Origin: Minisyncoccota bacterium
Lineage (GTDB): Bacteria; Patescibacteriota; Minisyncoccia; JAHIHE01; JAGLIN01
Length of the DNA stretch: 64,000 nucleotides
Assembly: GCA_041661265.1 (NCBI GenBank)
Contig: JBAZUT010000002.1
Coordinates: forward strand, 140,316 to 204,315
Direction of reading: 5' to 3'
Positions 10,140-19,683 of the stretch are shown here, piece after piece (the stretch's first letter is position 1; each line of letters opens with the position of its first letter). Position numbers and translations under genes: made by a program. The notes under the pieces are model-generated. The model saw only the letters and a list, made by a program, of their open reading frames with translations, did no database searches and was not told the DNA's origin.

Positions 10140-10796
10140 CTAACTAAAAATAAATCTTACCGGATCGGGAAATCTTCTGGCATTTTGTTCGATATCCTTT
10201 CCCGATCCATATCCATCAAGCTCGTCCCATAGATTCTTTTCCTCAATTTCACGATAATATTCTTCAGTGATCGCCTGAAGATGCAAATGCTCGAACCAAT
10301 TTCCATTGAAAGGAGGTTTGCCGATTTTGGCAAAAACGTCGCCTATCCCGAACTCATCTCCAACCTCACATTCCACTTTCCTGTCCAAATGCGCATATAT
10401 GAGATACAAAGACTCTGATCTATTCTTCAAAATAACTCTCGTCCCCCAGCCTCCCACTTCAGGATAATCATCGTCAATTTTGACCACTTCCGCATCAAAA
10501 GTCGCCGCGATCGGAGTTTCGGCTCGCGCGCTGATATCTATCCCTAAATGGACATAGATCTTTTTTTCATCAAGATAACTCCCCTTCCACAAAAAGCTCC
10601 TGTCTTCCATCCATCCGCCATAGGAAAGATCCAGATTATATTTCCCGTTGGTGTCATTGACCATTTCCCGGCACACATTCGGATCCAAAAACGAATCCTT
10701 TCCTTGATCAAACTTCTTGCCCGCGATCCACCTTCTCGCCTCAAGATCCAAATTCACATATCCGAATTTCTTGTTTTTTAGGGTTGGAAAAATCAT
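10140..10796 (-). CDS. M23-family (LytM-like) metallopeptidase domain protein
   Basis: HxxxD and HxH motifs of M23 peptidases (HLGIDISA ... WFEHLHLQ). No signal peptide is evident. Confidence 0.6.
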   Translation of the reverse strand: MIFPTLKNKKFGYVNLDLEARRWIAGKKFDQGKDSFLDPNVCREMVNDTNGKYNLDLSYGGWMEDRSFLWKGSYLDEKKIYVHLGIDISARAETPIAATFDAEVVKIDDDYPEVGGWGTRVILKNRSESLYLIYAHLDRKVECEVGDEFGIGDVFAKIGKPPFNGNWFEHLHLQAITEEYYREIEEKNLWDELDGYGSGKDIEQNARRFPDPVRFIFS

Positions 10797-11164
10797 ATAT
10801 AAGATTATTGAAAAAGATTACACAAAAACCAGCACGGCGAATGCCATGTTAAGGGTATGTCGACAAACTCACTAACGTCGCTTGTTAGCTTTTTGCCTGT
10901 TGCGCTTCGATGTGCTTGCCCTTGATCTCCTGGTGATGGTGGTGTGCTTCTTCATTCCTGTGCAAATTAAGATTATACCTAATTATACTCTTCTTGATCA
11001 ACTCGGTACAATACAATTTTAAAAGCACCGAACTTATGATTTTGAATGTTTTATTTGCCTGATCCAAACGCAGACCTCCGTCACTTGTCTTGACTTTTCT
11101 TAATATTAATTTATACTGCCTTGTTGAGTTTATCATAAACTCTACGCGAAAAGAAGTTGATAAA

Positions 11165-11623
11165 ATGAGATCAGTAAAAAGTGTATTTGAAGATTACGCA
11201 AAGATCGACGGATTTTTGAACGGAATTGTGAAAAGATTGGAAAAGAATAACCCGGATCTGGCGGACATGATCGCCAGTGAAATGGAACACGAAAAAGAAG
11301 AAAATGCAAAAGAAAGAATATTCGAAATGATGCTTCTTGCCAGCGAGGTCATGGGGTTAACGGATCCCGAAGATCCCGACTTCGTCATAATCCTGCCGAA
11401 TAAGAAGCTAAAAAAACACAAATCGACAATAACAGAGATACGTCCGGAATACTTCTCAGAACTGATGCCGCCCATCTACAAGCTGAATGATGACACAAAC
11501 AAAAAGGGAGCATCTAAAGGTTTGCCGGAAGTTCCTTTTCCCAACATCTGGAACAAGATATTGAAAATAGCAATAACCGCATCTGATTCAAGAAAACATA
11601 ATTTATCCCAAAATCGAAAATAA
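11165..11623 (+). CDS. hypothetical protein
   Basis: ORF 11090..11623 probably starts at the internal MRSVKSVFED. Charged, helical composition. Confidence 0.35.
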   Translation: MRSVKSVFEDYAKIDGFLNGIVKRLEKNNPDLADMIASEMEHEKEENAKERIFEMMLLASEVMGLTDPEDPDFVIILPNKKLKKHKSTITEIRPEYFSELMPPIYKLNDDTNKKGASKGLPEVPFPNIWNKILKIAITASDSRKHNLSQNRK

Positions 11624-11725
11624 TTATTCGAAAAAGCGCGACAACTATAAGGTCAGCGCTATTTTTTATATTCCAAGACGCAAAATAAAAAAGAGGTGGA
11701 ATACCTCTCGTATCTGTTATATTCT

Positions 11726-12016
11726 TTAGATATGTTTTGAAGGGCTAACATAAATTTTCATTTGATATTTACCCTTTTCTGTTTTAACGTGAACGATCTG
11801 ATCCACTTGCCAGAGATCAGAATATATCCACACGTCTTCATCTCCCCATACTAATGACGGCTTTGTTTCTTTTATGAAATCCAGCTCGACCACTTCGCTT
11901 TTTTGCAGACGCATCGGCAAATTGATAATATACGTTACCCCCCTTGATTCCATTGGTCTTTCACATGGATATATCAGGCATTTCATTTCATTCGAACCTC
12001 CGATTGTTTTAGTCAC
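11726..12016 (-). CDS. hypothetical protein (96 aa)
   Basis: ORF only. Confidence 0.3.
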   Translation of the reverse strand: MTKTIGGSNEMKCLIYPCERPMESRGVTYIINLPMRLQKSEVVELDFIKETKPSLVWGDEDVWIYSDLWQVDQIVHVKTEKGKYQMKIYVSPSKHI

Positions 12017-12249
12017 AAGGACTAAACTGGCTGCCGTTTAACTACGGACAATTTAATCATTGTGACGATAGAAAAGATGACTTTGTATCATATATTGATA
12101 TTTCCAAGCTGTCAAACACATGCCGAAACCCGGCCTTAATATATAAAGAAGTATCGTGTTTATCCTAAATAAAAAAAGGGTAAATGGTACCCTTAAACTT
12201 TGTATTTTGATTTATTGAGACTTTTTATGGAACATCATCCCGTCATATA

Positions 12250-12666
12250 TTACACGAGAGCTACTTCCTCTTTCAGAATGGCTTTCAATATCAGAACCAG
12301 ATCGTTCAAATTTTCTTCAAACTCCTTGTCAGTGATCCGGATCTTCAGTCCATTATATGTTCTATTGTTGCATCCGCCCGGATTGAATTCATTTGTCAGA
12401 TCATCCGGTTCGCCGATTTGCGCGTCCGAATCAACTATTGCAACAACTCTATTGCCGGAAAGCAAGATTACTTTCGGATAATTTCCCCTATCGAGAGAAA
12501 GTCCCGCTTCCTTTGCTGCGGCAGAAAACATACTATAATATACGTTCCTGCCTCCGTTCCTCAGTTTATGAGGTAATATAACTTTGTCCATTTGTATTCC
12601 TCCATAGCAATACCTCTGTTTGATATTATTCAATTTCTCGATCTCCCGGGAAATAGAATTTGCCAC
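12250..12666 (-). CDS. hypothetical protein (138 aa)
   Basis: ORF with no recognisable motif. Confidence 0.35.
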   Translation of the reverse strand: MANSISREIEKLNNIKQRYCYGGIQMDKVILPHKLRNGGRNVYYSMFSAAAKEAGLSLDRGNYPKVILLSGNRVVAIVDSDAQIGEPDDLTNEFNPGGCNNRTYNGLKIRITDKEFEENLNDLVLILKAILKEEVALV

Positions 12667-12828
12667 AAATATTTCATCGTGACCGGTCAGTATAGCAATT
12701 TTCGGTGAAATGTCAATTGTTAATTTTTTATTGACTTTTCCCGCCAGGATCCAAATTCAGAACTCAAATATGCAACGATATATTGGGCCATTGAAAAGAG
12801 CCCTTTCGAATAAAGGCCCTTTTACTAG

Positions 12829-12899
12829 TTCGGGAACAGGGATTCGAACCCCAATTAGTTGCTCCAGAGGCAACTGTCCTACCGTTAGACGATTCCCGA
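12829..12899 (-). tRNA. tRNA-Gln (anticodon CUG)
   Basis: Cloverleaf folded by hand. Acceptor UCGGGAA/UUCCCGA with the U1:A72 pair typical of tRNA-Gln. Anticodon loop CUCUGGA, T-loop UUCGAAU. CCA is not encoded. Confidence 0.8.
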
Positions 12900-13011
12900 A
12901 TAAACATAAAACATGAAACACATAGCTTGAAACATTGTAATACAGAACTTAAAAACTTTCAAGTCCCTGCAATATGTTTCGGGTTTTATGCTTCATGCTT
13001 CAAGATCTTCC

Positions 13012-13926
13012 TTATATCTTCAGATATCTCCTGATGGCGATCACGCTGCTTATCACGCCAATTCCCACGCCCATTGAAAGCAGCAATAATGTGATATTGT
13101 AAAGATTTCCGATAAAATAGTTATTAAGATCGAATCCCGGTATGAATTGCGCGATCTTTGGAGAAACATAGGAAACGGCCGGAAACATCAGCGCGATCGC
13201 AACCGCACAGCTTACGACACCAAAAACGATTCCCTCGATGATAAATGGCATCCTGATATACCAATTCCCCGCACCGACCAGCCTCATGATCTCGATCTCA
13301 GTCTTATGCGCATACATTGCAAGCCTTATAGTATTGAATGCGACCATAACGCCGATAAGCACGAAAAGAACGCTGAGCGCCAATATGCCTTCCTTGATGG
13401 CCGCAAGAATATTTGAAAAATTATTTATCGCAGTCTCATTCTCTTTGAAATTCACTTTTTCGATTATATCCTTGTAGTTCTCGTTTCCGACTACGAAATT
13501 ATCTATATCTTTATACTGATCGAGCTCGTTTGCCTTCACATTGAGAACCGCAAAAAGCGGATTATCCCCCAATTCCGTCAATGAATCATTGATATAACTG
13601 TCATCCTTATGCGCTTCTTTGAAATTCGTAAGTGCCTGATCCTTCGATATATATTCAACATTTTTTACATCACTCCGTCCCTGAAGATCCTTCTGAAGCT
13701 CCAGGATCTTTCCCTCATCCGCGTTGTCTTTGAATTGCACTGTGATATCGATCTTCTCCTTCAATGCCCCGAGAGCATGATCTCCGATCGCATCCACTGC
13801 AAGCATCACCGTCACCGTGAAAAGAGATATAACCAGAATTATGACCGTTGCGACATTAAGCCATATATTTCGGAGGAGGTCCTTGCTTGCGGAAACCAGA
13901 AGTCTTTTTATTTTATTTCGAAACAT
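13012..13926 (-). CDS. ftsX: cell-division permease-like protein FtsX
   Basis: N-terminal cytoplasmic segment, TM1, a large extracytoplasmic loop and three C-terminal TMs. Lies immediately downstream of ftsE. Confidence 0.8.
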   Translation of the reverse strand: MFRNKIKRLLVSASKDLLRNIWLNVATVIILVISLFTVTVMLAVDAIGDHALGALKEKIDITVQFKDNADEGKILELQKDLQGRSDVKNVEYISKDQALTNFKEAHKDDSYINDSLTELGDNPLFAVLNVKANELDQYKDIDNFVVGNENYKDIIEKVNFKENETAINNFSNILAAIKEGILALSVLFVLIGVMVAFNTIRLAMYAHKTEIEIMRLVGAGNWYIRMPFIIEGIVFGVVSCAVAIALMFPAVSYVSPKIAQFIPGFDLNNYFIGNLYNITLLLLSMGVGIGVISSVIAIRRYLKI

Positions 13927-13941
13927 CTATTTTGCTCTTAA

Positions 13942-14691
13942 TTAAATAATATATTTTCCCTTATCCAGCTGATCCTTGATTATCCTTCCCCTGTCAACCG
14001 TTATAACGCGCTTGTTGATCAGATTCACGATCTCTCTGTTGTGTGTTGCAAGAACGATCGTCGTTCCAAACTGGTTGATCTTCATCAGAAGCTGAACGAC
14101 ATCCCACGTGTTCACAAGATCCAAATTTCCCGTCGGCTCATCCGCAATTATTATGTCAGGCCTGTGCACCAGTGCTCGCGCTATTGCAGTCCTCTGTTTC
14201 TCTCCGCCCGAAAGTTCATTGACATAGCTGTTATATTTTTTCAGAAGTCCCACGATCTCCAGGACCTGCGACACGTCTTCCCTTATATCTTTGTCCGATC
14301 TTCCCGAAACTTCCATAGCGAAAGCCACATTCTCAAAAACGGTTTTCCTGTCCAAAAGCTTGAAGTCCTGAAAAACAACTCCGATGTGGCGCCTCAGGAT
14401 CGGCAGTCTTCCGCTTTTTATCTTGCTTATATCTTTCCCTCTTATAAGGACATTTCCCTTGCTTGGCTTTTCTTCAGCAAAAATCAACTTCAATAAAGTT
14501 GATTTTCCCGCGCCGCTTTGGCCTACTATTGAAACAAACTCGCCGCTCGAGATGGAAAAATTTATGTCCTCCAAGGCCGTAGCGTTCGTATTATAATACT
14601 TATAGACATCATCAAAAACTATCATCTTGTTTTCAAAATTTACATTTCTTAAATTACTTTGCTCTTGATTTGTAGACTTTTCTTCTTGCAT
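13942..14691 (-). CDS. ftsE: cell-division ATP-binding protein FtsE (ABC ATPase)
   Basis: Walker A GQSGAGKST, ABC signature LSGGEKQR and Walker B IIIADEPTGNLD. The true start may be the internal Met at 14625. Confidence 0.9.
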   Translation of the reverse strand: MQEEKSTNQEQSNLRNVNFENKMIVFDDVYKYYNTNATALEDINFSISSGEFVSIVGQSGAGKSTLLKLIFAEEKPSKGNVLIRGKDISKIKSGRLPILRRHIGVVFQDFKLLDRKTVFENVAFAMEVSGRSDKDIREDVSQVLEIVGLLKKYNSYVNELSGGEKQRTAIARALVHRPDIIIADEPTGNLDLVNTWDVVQLLMKINQFGTTIVLATHNREIVNLINKRVITVDRGRIIKDQLDKGKYII

Positions 14692-15118
14692 ATTCTGAAA
14701 CTTTACCTTTGTTCCATTGCTGAACCGGCCTCAAATAACCCACCACCCTCGAATAAACTTCGCATGGCTGTTCGATGAGACATTTTGGACACACGAAATG
14801 CTCTCCCGGAAGATACCCGTGATTCGGACACACACTGAAAGTCGGCGTAATGGAAAGATATGGAAGGGCATATTTCTCAAACACTTTTTTTATCAAAATC
14901 TTCGCCTCTTTTCCGCTTGGAAGCCTTTCCCCCAAAAAAGCATGAAGAACGGTTCCTCCCGTATATTTCGTCTGGAGCGGATCCTGCAGTTTCAGAGCCT
15001 CAAAAAGGTCATCTGTGTGGCCAACCGGAAGCTGTGTAGAGTTCGTATAGAAAGGATCCCTGGGAAGCTCCCTTGTTTCCTTTGTCTCTGTCTTCTCCAA
15101 TAACACGTTCTTTGCCAT
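14654..15118 (-). CDS. standalone C-terminal domain of anaerobic ribonucleoside-triphosphate reductase (NrdD-like glycyl-radical domain with Zn ribbon)
   Basis: LPVGHTDDLFEALKLQDPLQTKYTGGTV block, Cys/His cluster CPNHG...CPKC...C, an RVVGY glycyl-radical-type motif and a trailing NKGKxxE...RRK. The ORF is only 154 aa, whereas full NrdD is ~600-700 aa. Confidence 0.6.
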   Translation of the reverse strand: MAKNVLLEKTETKETRELPRDPFYTNSTQLPVGHTDDLFEALKLQDPLQTKYTGGTVLHAFLGERLPSGKEAKILIKKVFEKYALPYLSITPTFSVCPNHGYLPGEHFVCPKCLIEQPCEVYSRVVGYLRPVQQWNKGKVSEYARRKVYKSRAK

Positions 15119-15346
15119 ATATTTGAATTATTTTTTAACTTGTATGAGCATTATAGCACAGATTGAAATTTATATGAATAGCGTCTGCGTTTCTTCGTTT
15201 AAACATACAATTTATGCCATTAAATAATACGATACAAAGAATTATCAATTCCTACTCTTCAATCAATGATCAAAAAAAATTATCGATTGAATATTGTAAA
15301 ATTGAAAATTTATTGAAAATTGATAATTGTGAATTGGAAATTTTCA

Positions 15347-16457
15347 CTATTTCCTATCGCTCCTTTGGACCACTCCCTTAAGCCTCGCCTCGATGAACAT
15401 GTCGATATTGCCATTCAGAACTTCTTCCGCATTCGAAGTTTCCACTCCCGTTCTATGGTCTTTGACCATTTTATACGGATGAAGAACATAGGACCTGATC
15501 TGATTTCCCCATTCTGCAGAAGTGAACTCTCCGCGAAGCTTCTTTTTCTCCTCCTCCTCTTTTTCCTGCTGCAATTTATATAATTTTGATCTCAAGATCT
15601 GCATTGCCCTTTCTTTATTCTGCAGCTGGCTTCTTTCGTTCTGGCATTCCACAACTGTTTTGGTCGGAATATGCGTGATCCTGACAGCCGAATCGGTTTT
15701 ATTCACTTTCTGGCCTCCGGCTCCGCTTGACCTGAACGTATCGATCCGCAGATCTTCGTCTTTAATTTTTTCTTCATCCTCAGAAGCGATCTCGGGAAGA
15801 ACTTCAACAAGCGCGAACGATGTCTGCCGGAGATTGTCTGCATTGAACGGGGAAAGGCGCACAAGCCTGTGCACTCCCGCTTCGTTCTTCAAATGGCCAT
15901 ATGCATATGCGCCCGAAACCATGAACATTACGCTCTTGATCCCGGCTTCCTCCCCTCTGGACATATGTATGATCTCCGTTTTATATTTATGGTCTTCACT
16001 GTATCGGAGATACATCCGAAGCAGCATTTCCGACCAATCCTGCGCATCAACCCCTCCCGCACCGCTATGTATCGCCAAGATCGCGCTCGCTCCGTCATAT
16101 TTCCCGCTCATCAAAGCTTCGAATTCATGCTCCAAAAAAGTTTTTTCCAGCTTAAAAAGTTTTTCTTTCGTTTCTTTCAGCAGATCTTTGTCTTTTTTCT
16201 CATCAATGACGCTCAACATCTCATCGAGCTCGTTTATCCTGTTTTCCATACTTTCCCAAAAATCCACGATGTTTTTGTATTCATCGAGCTTTCGCATGAC
16301 CTCTTTCGCCTTTCTGGTGTCGAGCCAGAAACCTTTCTCGTTTATATCAGCGTCGAAACCCACGATCTCAGCTTTTTTCTTACGGATGTCAAAGACAGTC
16401 CTTCACAAGAAGGGTCCTTTTTTTTAGGTCTTTAATTTTTTCTATGGTTTCTTTCAT
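15347..16457 (-). CDS. prfB: peptide chain release factor 2, expressed through a +1 programmed ribosomal frameshift
   Basis: GGQ motif (SGAGGQKVNKTDSAVRITHIPT) and the RF2-specific SPF motif. A short ORF0 (MKETIEKIKDLKKRTLLVKDCL) ends at CUU UGA C; the +1 frame continues into the main ORF. Confidence 0.85.
16388..16400 (-). promoter_or_regulatory. RF2 +1 programmed frameshift site (AAGGAC UGU CUU UGA C)
   Basis: Slippery CUU followed by in-frame UGA and C, with an SD-like AAGGA a few nt upstream. This matches the autoregulatory prfB site of other bacteria. Confidence 0.8.
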
Positions 16458-16570
16458 GGTTATATATTAGCAGATAATTCCGGAAGTGACAAAACCGTTC
16501 CCGGCTTGAATTATGGCAATATATCTTGACAATTATTGATAACCCCCTATCATGACACTATCCCCAGGAG

Positions 16571-16873
16571 ATGAAAAAAATGGGAAATACAGACATACAA
16601 ACAGATTTGGGCAACATAAAAATAGAATTGGACAAAATAGGAGCGGACTATGAGATCGACATTTATGGCAATATACAAGCGACTCTTCCGAAAACTTCCA
16701 CAATAGCTTCAGTGCCTTTCAAGGATAAAAAAAACCGGCGCACCCCGCGGGAAGTCAGAGAAAGATATTATTTCCAGAATGGCGTTGCGATCCTATATCC
16801 ATCTCGAAATAATTATCTGATAGATAGCATATCGGGCTATAATATTATCATGACGCACATAAACCACAAATGA
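16571..16873 (+). CDS. hypothetical protein (100 aa)
   Basis: ORF followed by an intrinsic terminator. Confidence 0.4.
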   Translation: MKKMGNTDIQTDLGNIKIELDKIGADYEIDIYGNIQATLPKTSTIASVPFKDKKNRRTPREVRERYYFQNGVAILYPSRNNYLIDSISGYNIIMTHINHK

Positions 16874-16894
16874 TCCTTTCGGATCTTTTTTTCT
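16872..16894 (+). terminator. rho-independent terminator
   Basis: GATCC-TTTC-GGATC hairpin followed by TTTTTTT. Confidence 0.5.
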
Positions 16895-16952
16895 GCCTTG
16901 ATGACAATTTCCATAAAAAAAAGTGAATCCAGTTCACTTTGTTTGTTGATTA

Positions 16953-17513
16953 TTATTCTATTTTACTCTCTTTTTTATTCTCCTTTTTCACCTTTTTCTT
17001 TCCCGTAACTTTCAAAATATCTCCGGGAATACTGAACGCGCCTTCTTTGGCAATTTCCGCAAGTATTATTTGCATGGCCTCTGAAGGCTCGAAACCTGCA
17101 GCGACATATGCCTTCTTCATTGCGGCCATTCTTTCTGCCCGCGCTTTCATGTGCTTCTTGAAACTTTCAAAAGTGCCTTCATTTATCTGGGCTGATTTTT
17201 CGTAAGCGTATCCGATTGTCCCCGCTATGACATTACACAACTCATCAGATAGCGGCTTCAAGGCTCCGCCGTATGCCTGTGTGATCTTATTTATCACCAC
17301 AGCCAATTCAGGACTCACTGCCGCAACCTTTTCTGCGAGAGCCAAGGCGCACCCAACTGCAACCTTAGTATCTCCGCTGTCAAGCGACTCCTGTATTTTT
17401 TCTATTAATTCCCCGATCTCACTGATAGGGTCTTTCTGTTCTTCTTTCTGCTCTCCGACTTCCTTTTCGCTATCGATACCCTTTTTTGTTTTATTTTCTT
17501 CTGATTCAGACAT
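16953..17513 (-). CDS. hypothetical protein (186 aa, acidic N-terminus, Lys-rich C-terminus)
   Basis: ORF only. Confidence 0.4.
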   Translation of the reverse strand: MSESEENKTKKGIDSEKEVGEQKEEQKDPISEIGELIEKIQESLDSGDTKVAVGCALALAEKVAAVSPELAVVINKITQAYGGALKPLSDELCNVIAGTIGYAYEKSAQINEGTFESFKKHMKARAERMAAMKKAYVAAGFEPSEAMQIILAEIAKEGAFSIPGDILKVTGKKKVKKENKKESKIE

Positions 17514-17701
17514 TTCTTATACCTCGTCCTTCTTTTCGGACTTGTGAAGACTATCATAATTACTATATCTTGTCAATACCTAAGCGTAATACCCGATAAC
17601 TTGGAAACGTTTTCTGCCTGGATATATCCCCATGAACAAAAAAATCCTTAGTTTAAAGGAAATAACAGCTCCATTCCTGCTGATTTTGATTATCCAGACT
17701 A

Positions 17702-18097
17702 TTAGTGATCTTTGTCTCTCTCTTCACTCAGCTTCAGAAGATATTCCAGTTTCTTTATTTGTTTTTCCTTTCCCTCTATTAGACTTCTGGAAAAAGTGGA
17801 AAGGATATAAAGCTCCAAGCCCACCCCGGTGAATATATAGAATATGGTGAATATTTTAGACGAAGCGGACGTTGGATGCAGATCTCCATAGCCCACTGTC
17901 GCTAAAGTGGTAACACTGAAATAGAAAGAGTCGAGATAGCTCCATTTTTCCACATTCGAATAGAACAACATTCCGGTAATAAGAAGCAGAAGAAGCAGAA
18001 GAAGCAGAACATAAGACGCCATGAACCCGGGGGGAGGTTTGACTCCCGTAAGATGTTCGTGAGTGTTATGGAAAAAATCGACTGCTATCTTTTTCAT
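17702..18097 (-). CDS. two-TM potassium channel (KcsA/Kcv-like pore-only subunit)
   Basis: K+ selectivity filter TVGYGD between two hydrophobic helices. There is a poly-Leu run in TM1. Confidence 0.7.
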   Translation of the reverse strand: MKKIAVDFFHNTHEHLTGVKPPPGFMASYVLLLLLLLLLITGMLFYSNVEKWSYLDSFYFSVTTLATVGYGDLHPTSASSKIFTIFYIFTGVGLELYILSTFSRSLIEGKEKQIKKLEYLLKLSEERDKDH

Positions 18098-18181
18098 TTT
18101 GACTTATGTTAATTTCACGACAAGATATAAAAATAACGCGACACTCCTTTTTTTATGTTTTAAGTTTCATGCTTTATGGAT

Positions 18182-18288
18182 TGAGCCACCTGTCGGAGTC
18201 GAGCCTCCTCCCGAGGCGGACAGAGACGACCAAGGTTGCAGTTTATCCGCCCACTGGCGGAATACCGTTGCTTTTGCCAATCTATCTT
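18182..18288 (-). pseudogene. decayed tRNA-Thr-like copy (no acceptor 5' strand, broken T-stem)
   Basis: Shares a 21-nt 3' end (18182..18202 equals 18289..18309) and a D-loop/anticodon-stem segment (ATTGGCAAAAGCAACGGTAT) with the adjacent tRNA-Thr. It cannot form a cloverleaf. Contains the hairpin TCCGCC-AGTG-GGCGGA. Confidence 0.45.
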
Positions 18289-18290
18289 TG

Positions 18291-18363
18291 AGCCACCTGT
18301 CGGAGTCGAACCGACGACCTACGGTTTACGATACCGTTGCTCTGCCAATTGAGCTAAGGTGGC
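18291..18363 (-). tRNA. tRNA-Thr (anticodon CGU)
   Basis: Hand-folded cloverleaf: GCCACCU/AGGUGGC acceptor, GCUC/GAGC D-stem, anticodon loop AUCGUAA, T-loop UUCGACU. Confidence 0.85.
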
Positions 18364-18618
18364 AAGTCTTAAATGTGGAAAGTGAAATATGACAATTGGT
18401 AAATAGGACGAACAATATTATCAAAAAATCCCTATTTCCTCAACAAACTAATAATACCCTACTATATGTTTTGGTCAAGACCGGAATTCCTTGGAATAAT
18501 CTCTAAAAAAATGGAGATTTTCAAATTGATTTTCAAATTTCGGCCATTGACAAATTCATATTTTATGCTATCCTTATCTGCTATAACAACGTTATAGTTC
18601 AAACAGGAGGTTAACATC

Positions 18619-18870
18619 TTGCATAATAACAAATTACTGCCCTATTTCTGCATTGCCGGATTAGTGGCAGGAGCTGTGGCAGCAATATATTCAAAAAATA
18701 TCGTAGAAAATCTTGCGACATTCCTTACAATAGGTGCGTTCACGGCACAAATTTTTATCGGTATTGTCATACCCAGGTTCAGGAACATCATCTCGCACAT
18801 TTTCTGGAATTCGATAGGTATCGGATTTTGCGCTCTAGCAGGAGAATATATCGTCAAACTGATAACCTAG
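18619..18870 (+). CDS. small membrane protein (83 aa, 2-3 TM)
   Basis: A strong AGGAGG sits 7 nt upstream of the start. Hydrophobic throughout. Confidence 0.4.
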   Translation: MHNNKLLPYFCIAGLVAGAVAAIYSKNIVENLATFLTIGAFTAQIFIGIVIPRFRNIISHIFWNSIGIGFCALAGEYIVKLIT

Positions 18871-18928
18871 CGCTATGTACGGACATAGCACTTTTTTATT
18901 GTCTATTTTTATGTCGATCTTTCATCTT

Positions 18929-19399
18929 TTACTTTTCAATCGCTATAGACTTTTCATCCGTCCAATAATGTTTTCCGCCTATGATCGAATGCGCCCGAAA
19001 ATAGAGAGTTCCGGCTTTGCTTATAGATAAATTCGCGTCAAAAGTCTTCGGAATGGCTTCTTCCTTGCTCGCATATTGGTTAGTGAAATTCGGATATTTG
19101 GCCAGATATGCGGTCACGTTCCCATCCAGATCTCCCGCATGCGATGAATAGTCGTAATATATTGCCGTGTGCGAAATTGTACCGGAAGGCCCGCTGATCT
19201 CCCAAAGTATCCTTGCAACCTTAGAATCGCACAGTTTCAGGACCGTCTGGGCAGATTTGATGCTTATCGAATATTTGTCCTCCACTTCTTCTTTCAAAAG
19301 AGCTGCAAAACTTTTACTTTCCGGTTCTGTTTTCGCCAAATCTTTCTTGTTCTGAAAATAAACCGCCATTACGGCGGCGGAAATCACAACAACTGCCAT
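18929..19399 (-). CDS. hypothetical exported or membrane-anchored protein
   Basis: N-terminal hydrophobic segment MAVVVISAAVMAVYF. Confidence 0.4.
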   Translation of the reverse strand: MAVVVISAAVMAVYFQNKKDLAKTEPESKSFAALLKEEVEDKYSISIKSAQTVLKLCDSKVARILWEISGPSGTISHTAIYYDYSSHAGDLDGNVTAYLAKYPNFTNQYASKEEAIPKTFDANLSISKAGTLYFRAHSIIGGKHYWTDEKSIAIEK

Positions 19400-19683
19400 T
19401 ACGGCGATTTGCGATACTTTTTTCCTATCTATATGTTTATATTTATTTTTTTATTATTTATGCTTCTATGCCATAATTTTACCGCATTCTGAAAAAATAT
19501 GCCAATACTTACCCTGTCGGTTTTTTAGTCCCCGCTCCTAAGCATCCGAATCGGAATTTCCAGCTTTTCAAAAAGTTTTATTGCGGATCCCGTGCGAAGA
19601 TCTGTGGTTATGTTATTCATCCGTTCATCTGCATATTCGTAGCTTCTCCGGCTCTATTCATTTGATACAACATTCTGCTTTCA

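Noticed and set aside
10140-14691. I considered a possible functional link between the M23 peptidase (10140..10796) and ftsEX (13012..14691), since FtsEX activates EnvC-type M23 proteins.
   Set aside because: The genes are separated by ~2.2 kb and five unrelated ORFs. The M23 protein lacks an obvious signal peptide and coiled-coil domain. This is worth noting only as a hypothesis, not as a feature.
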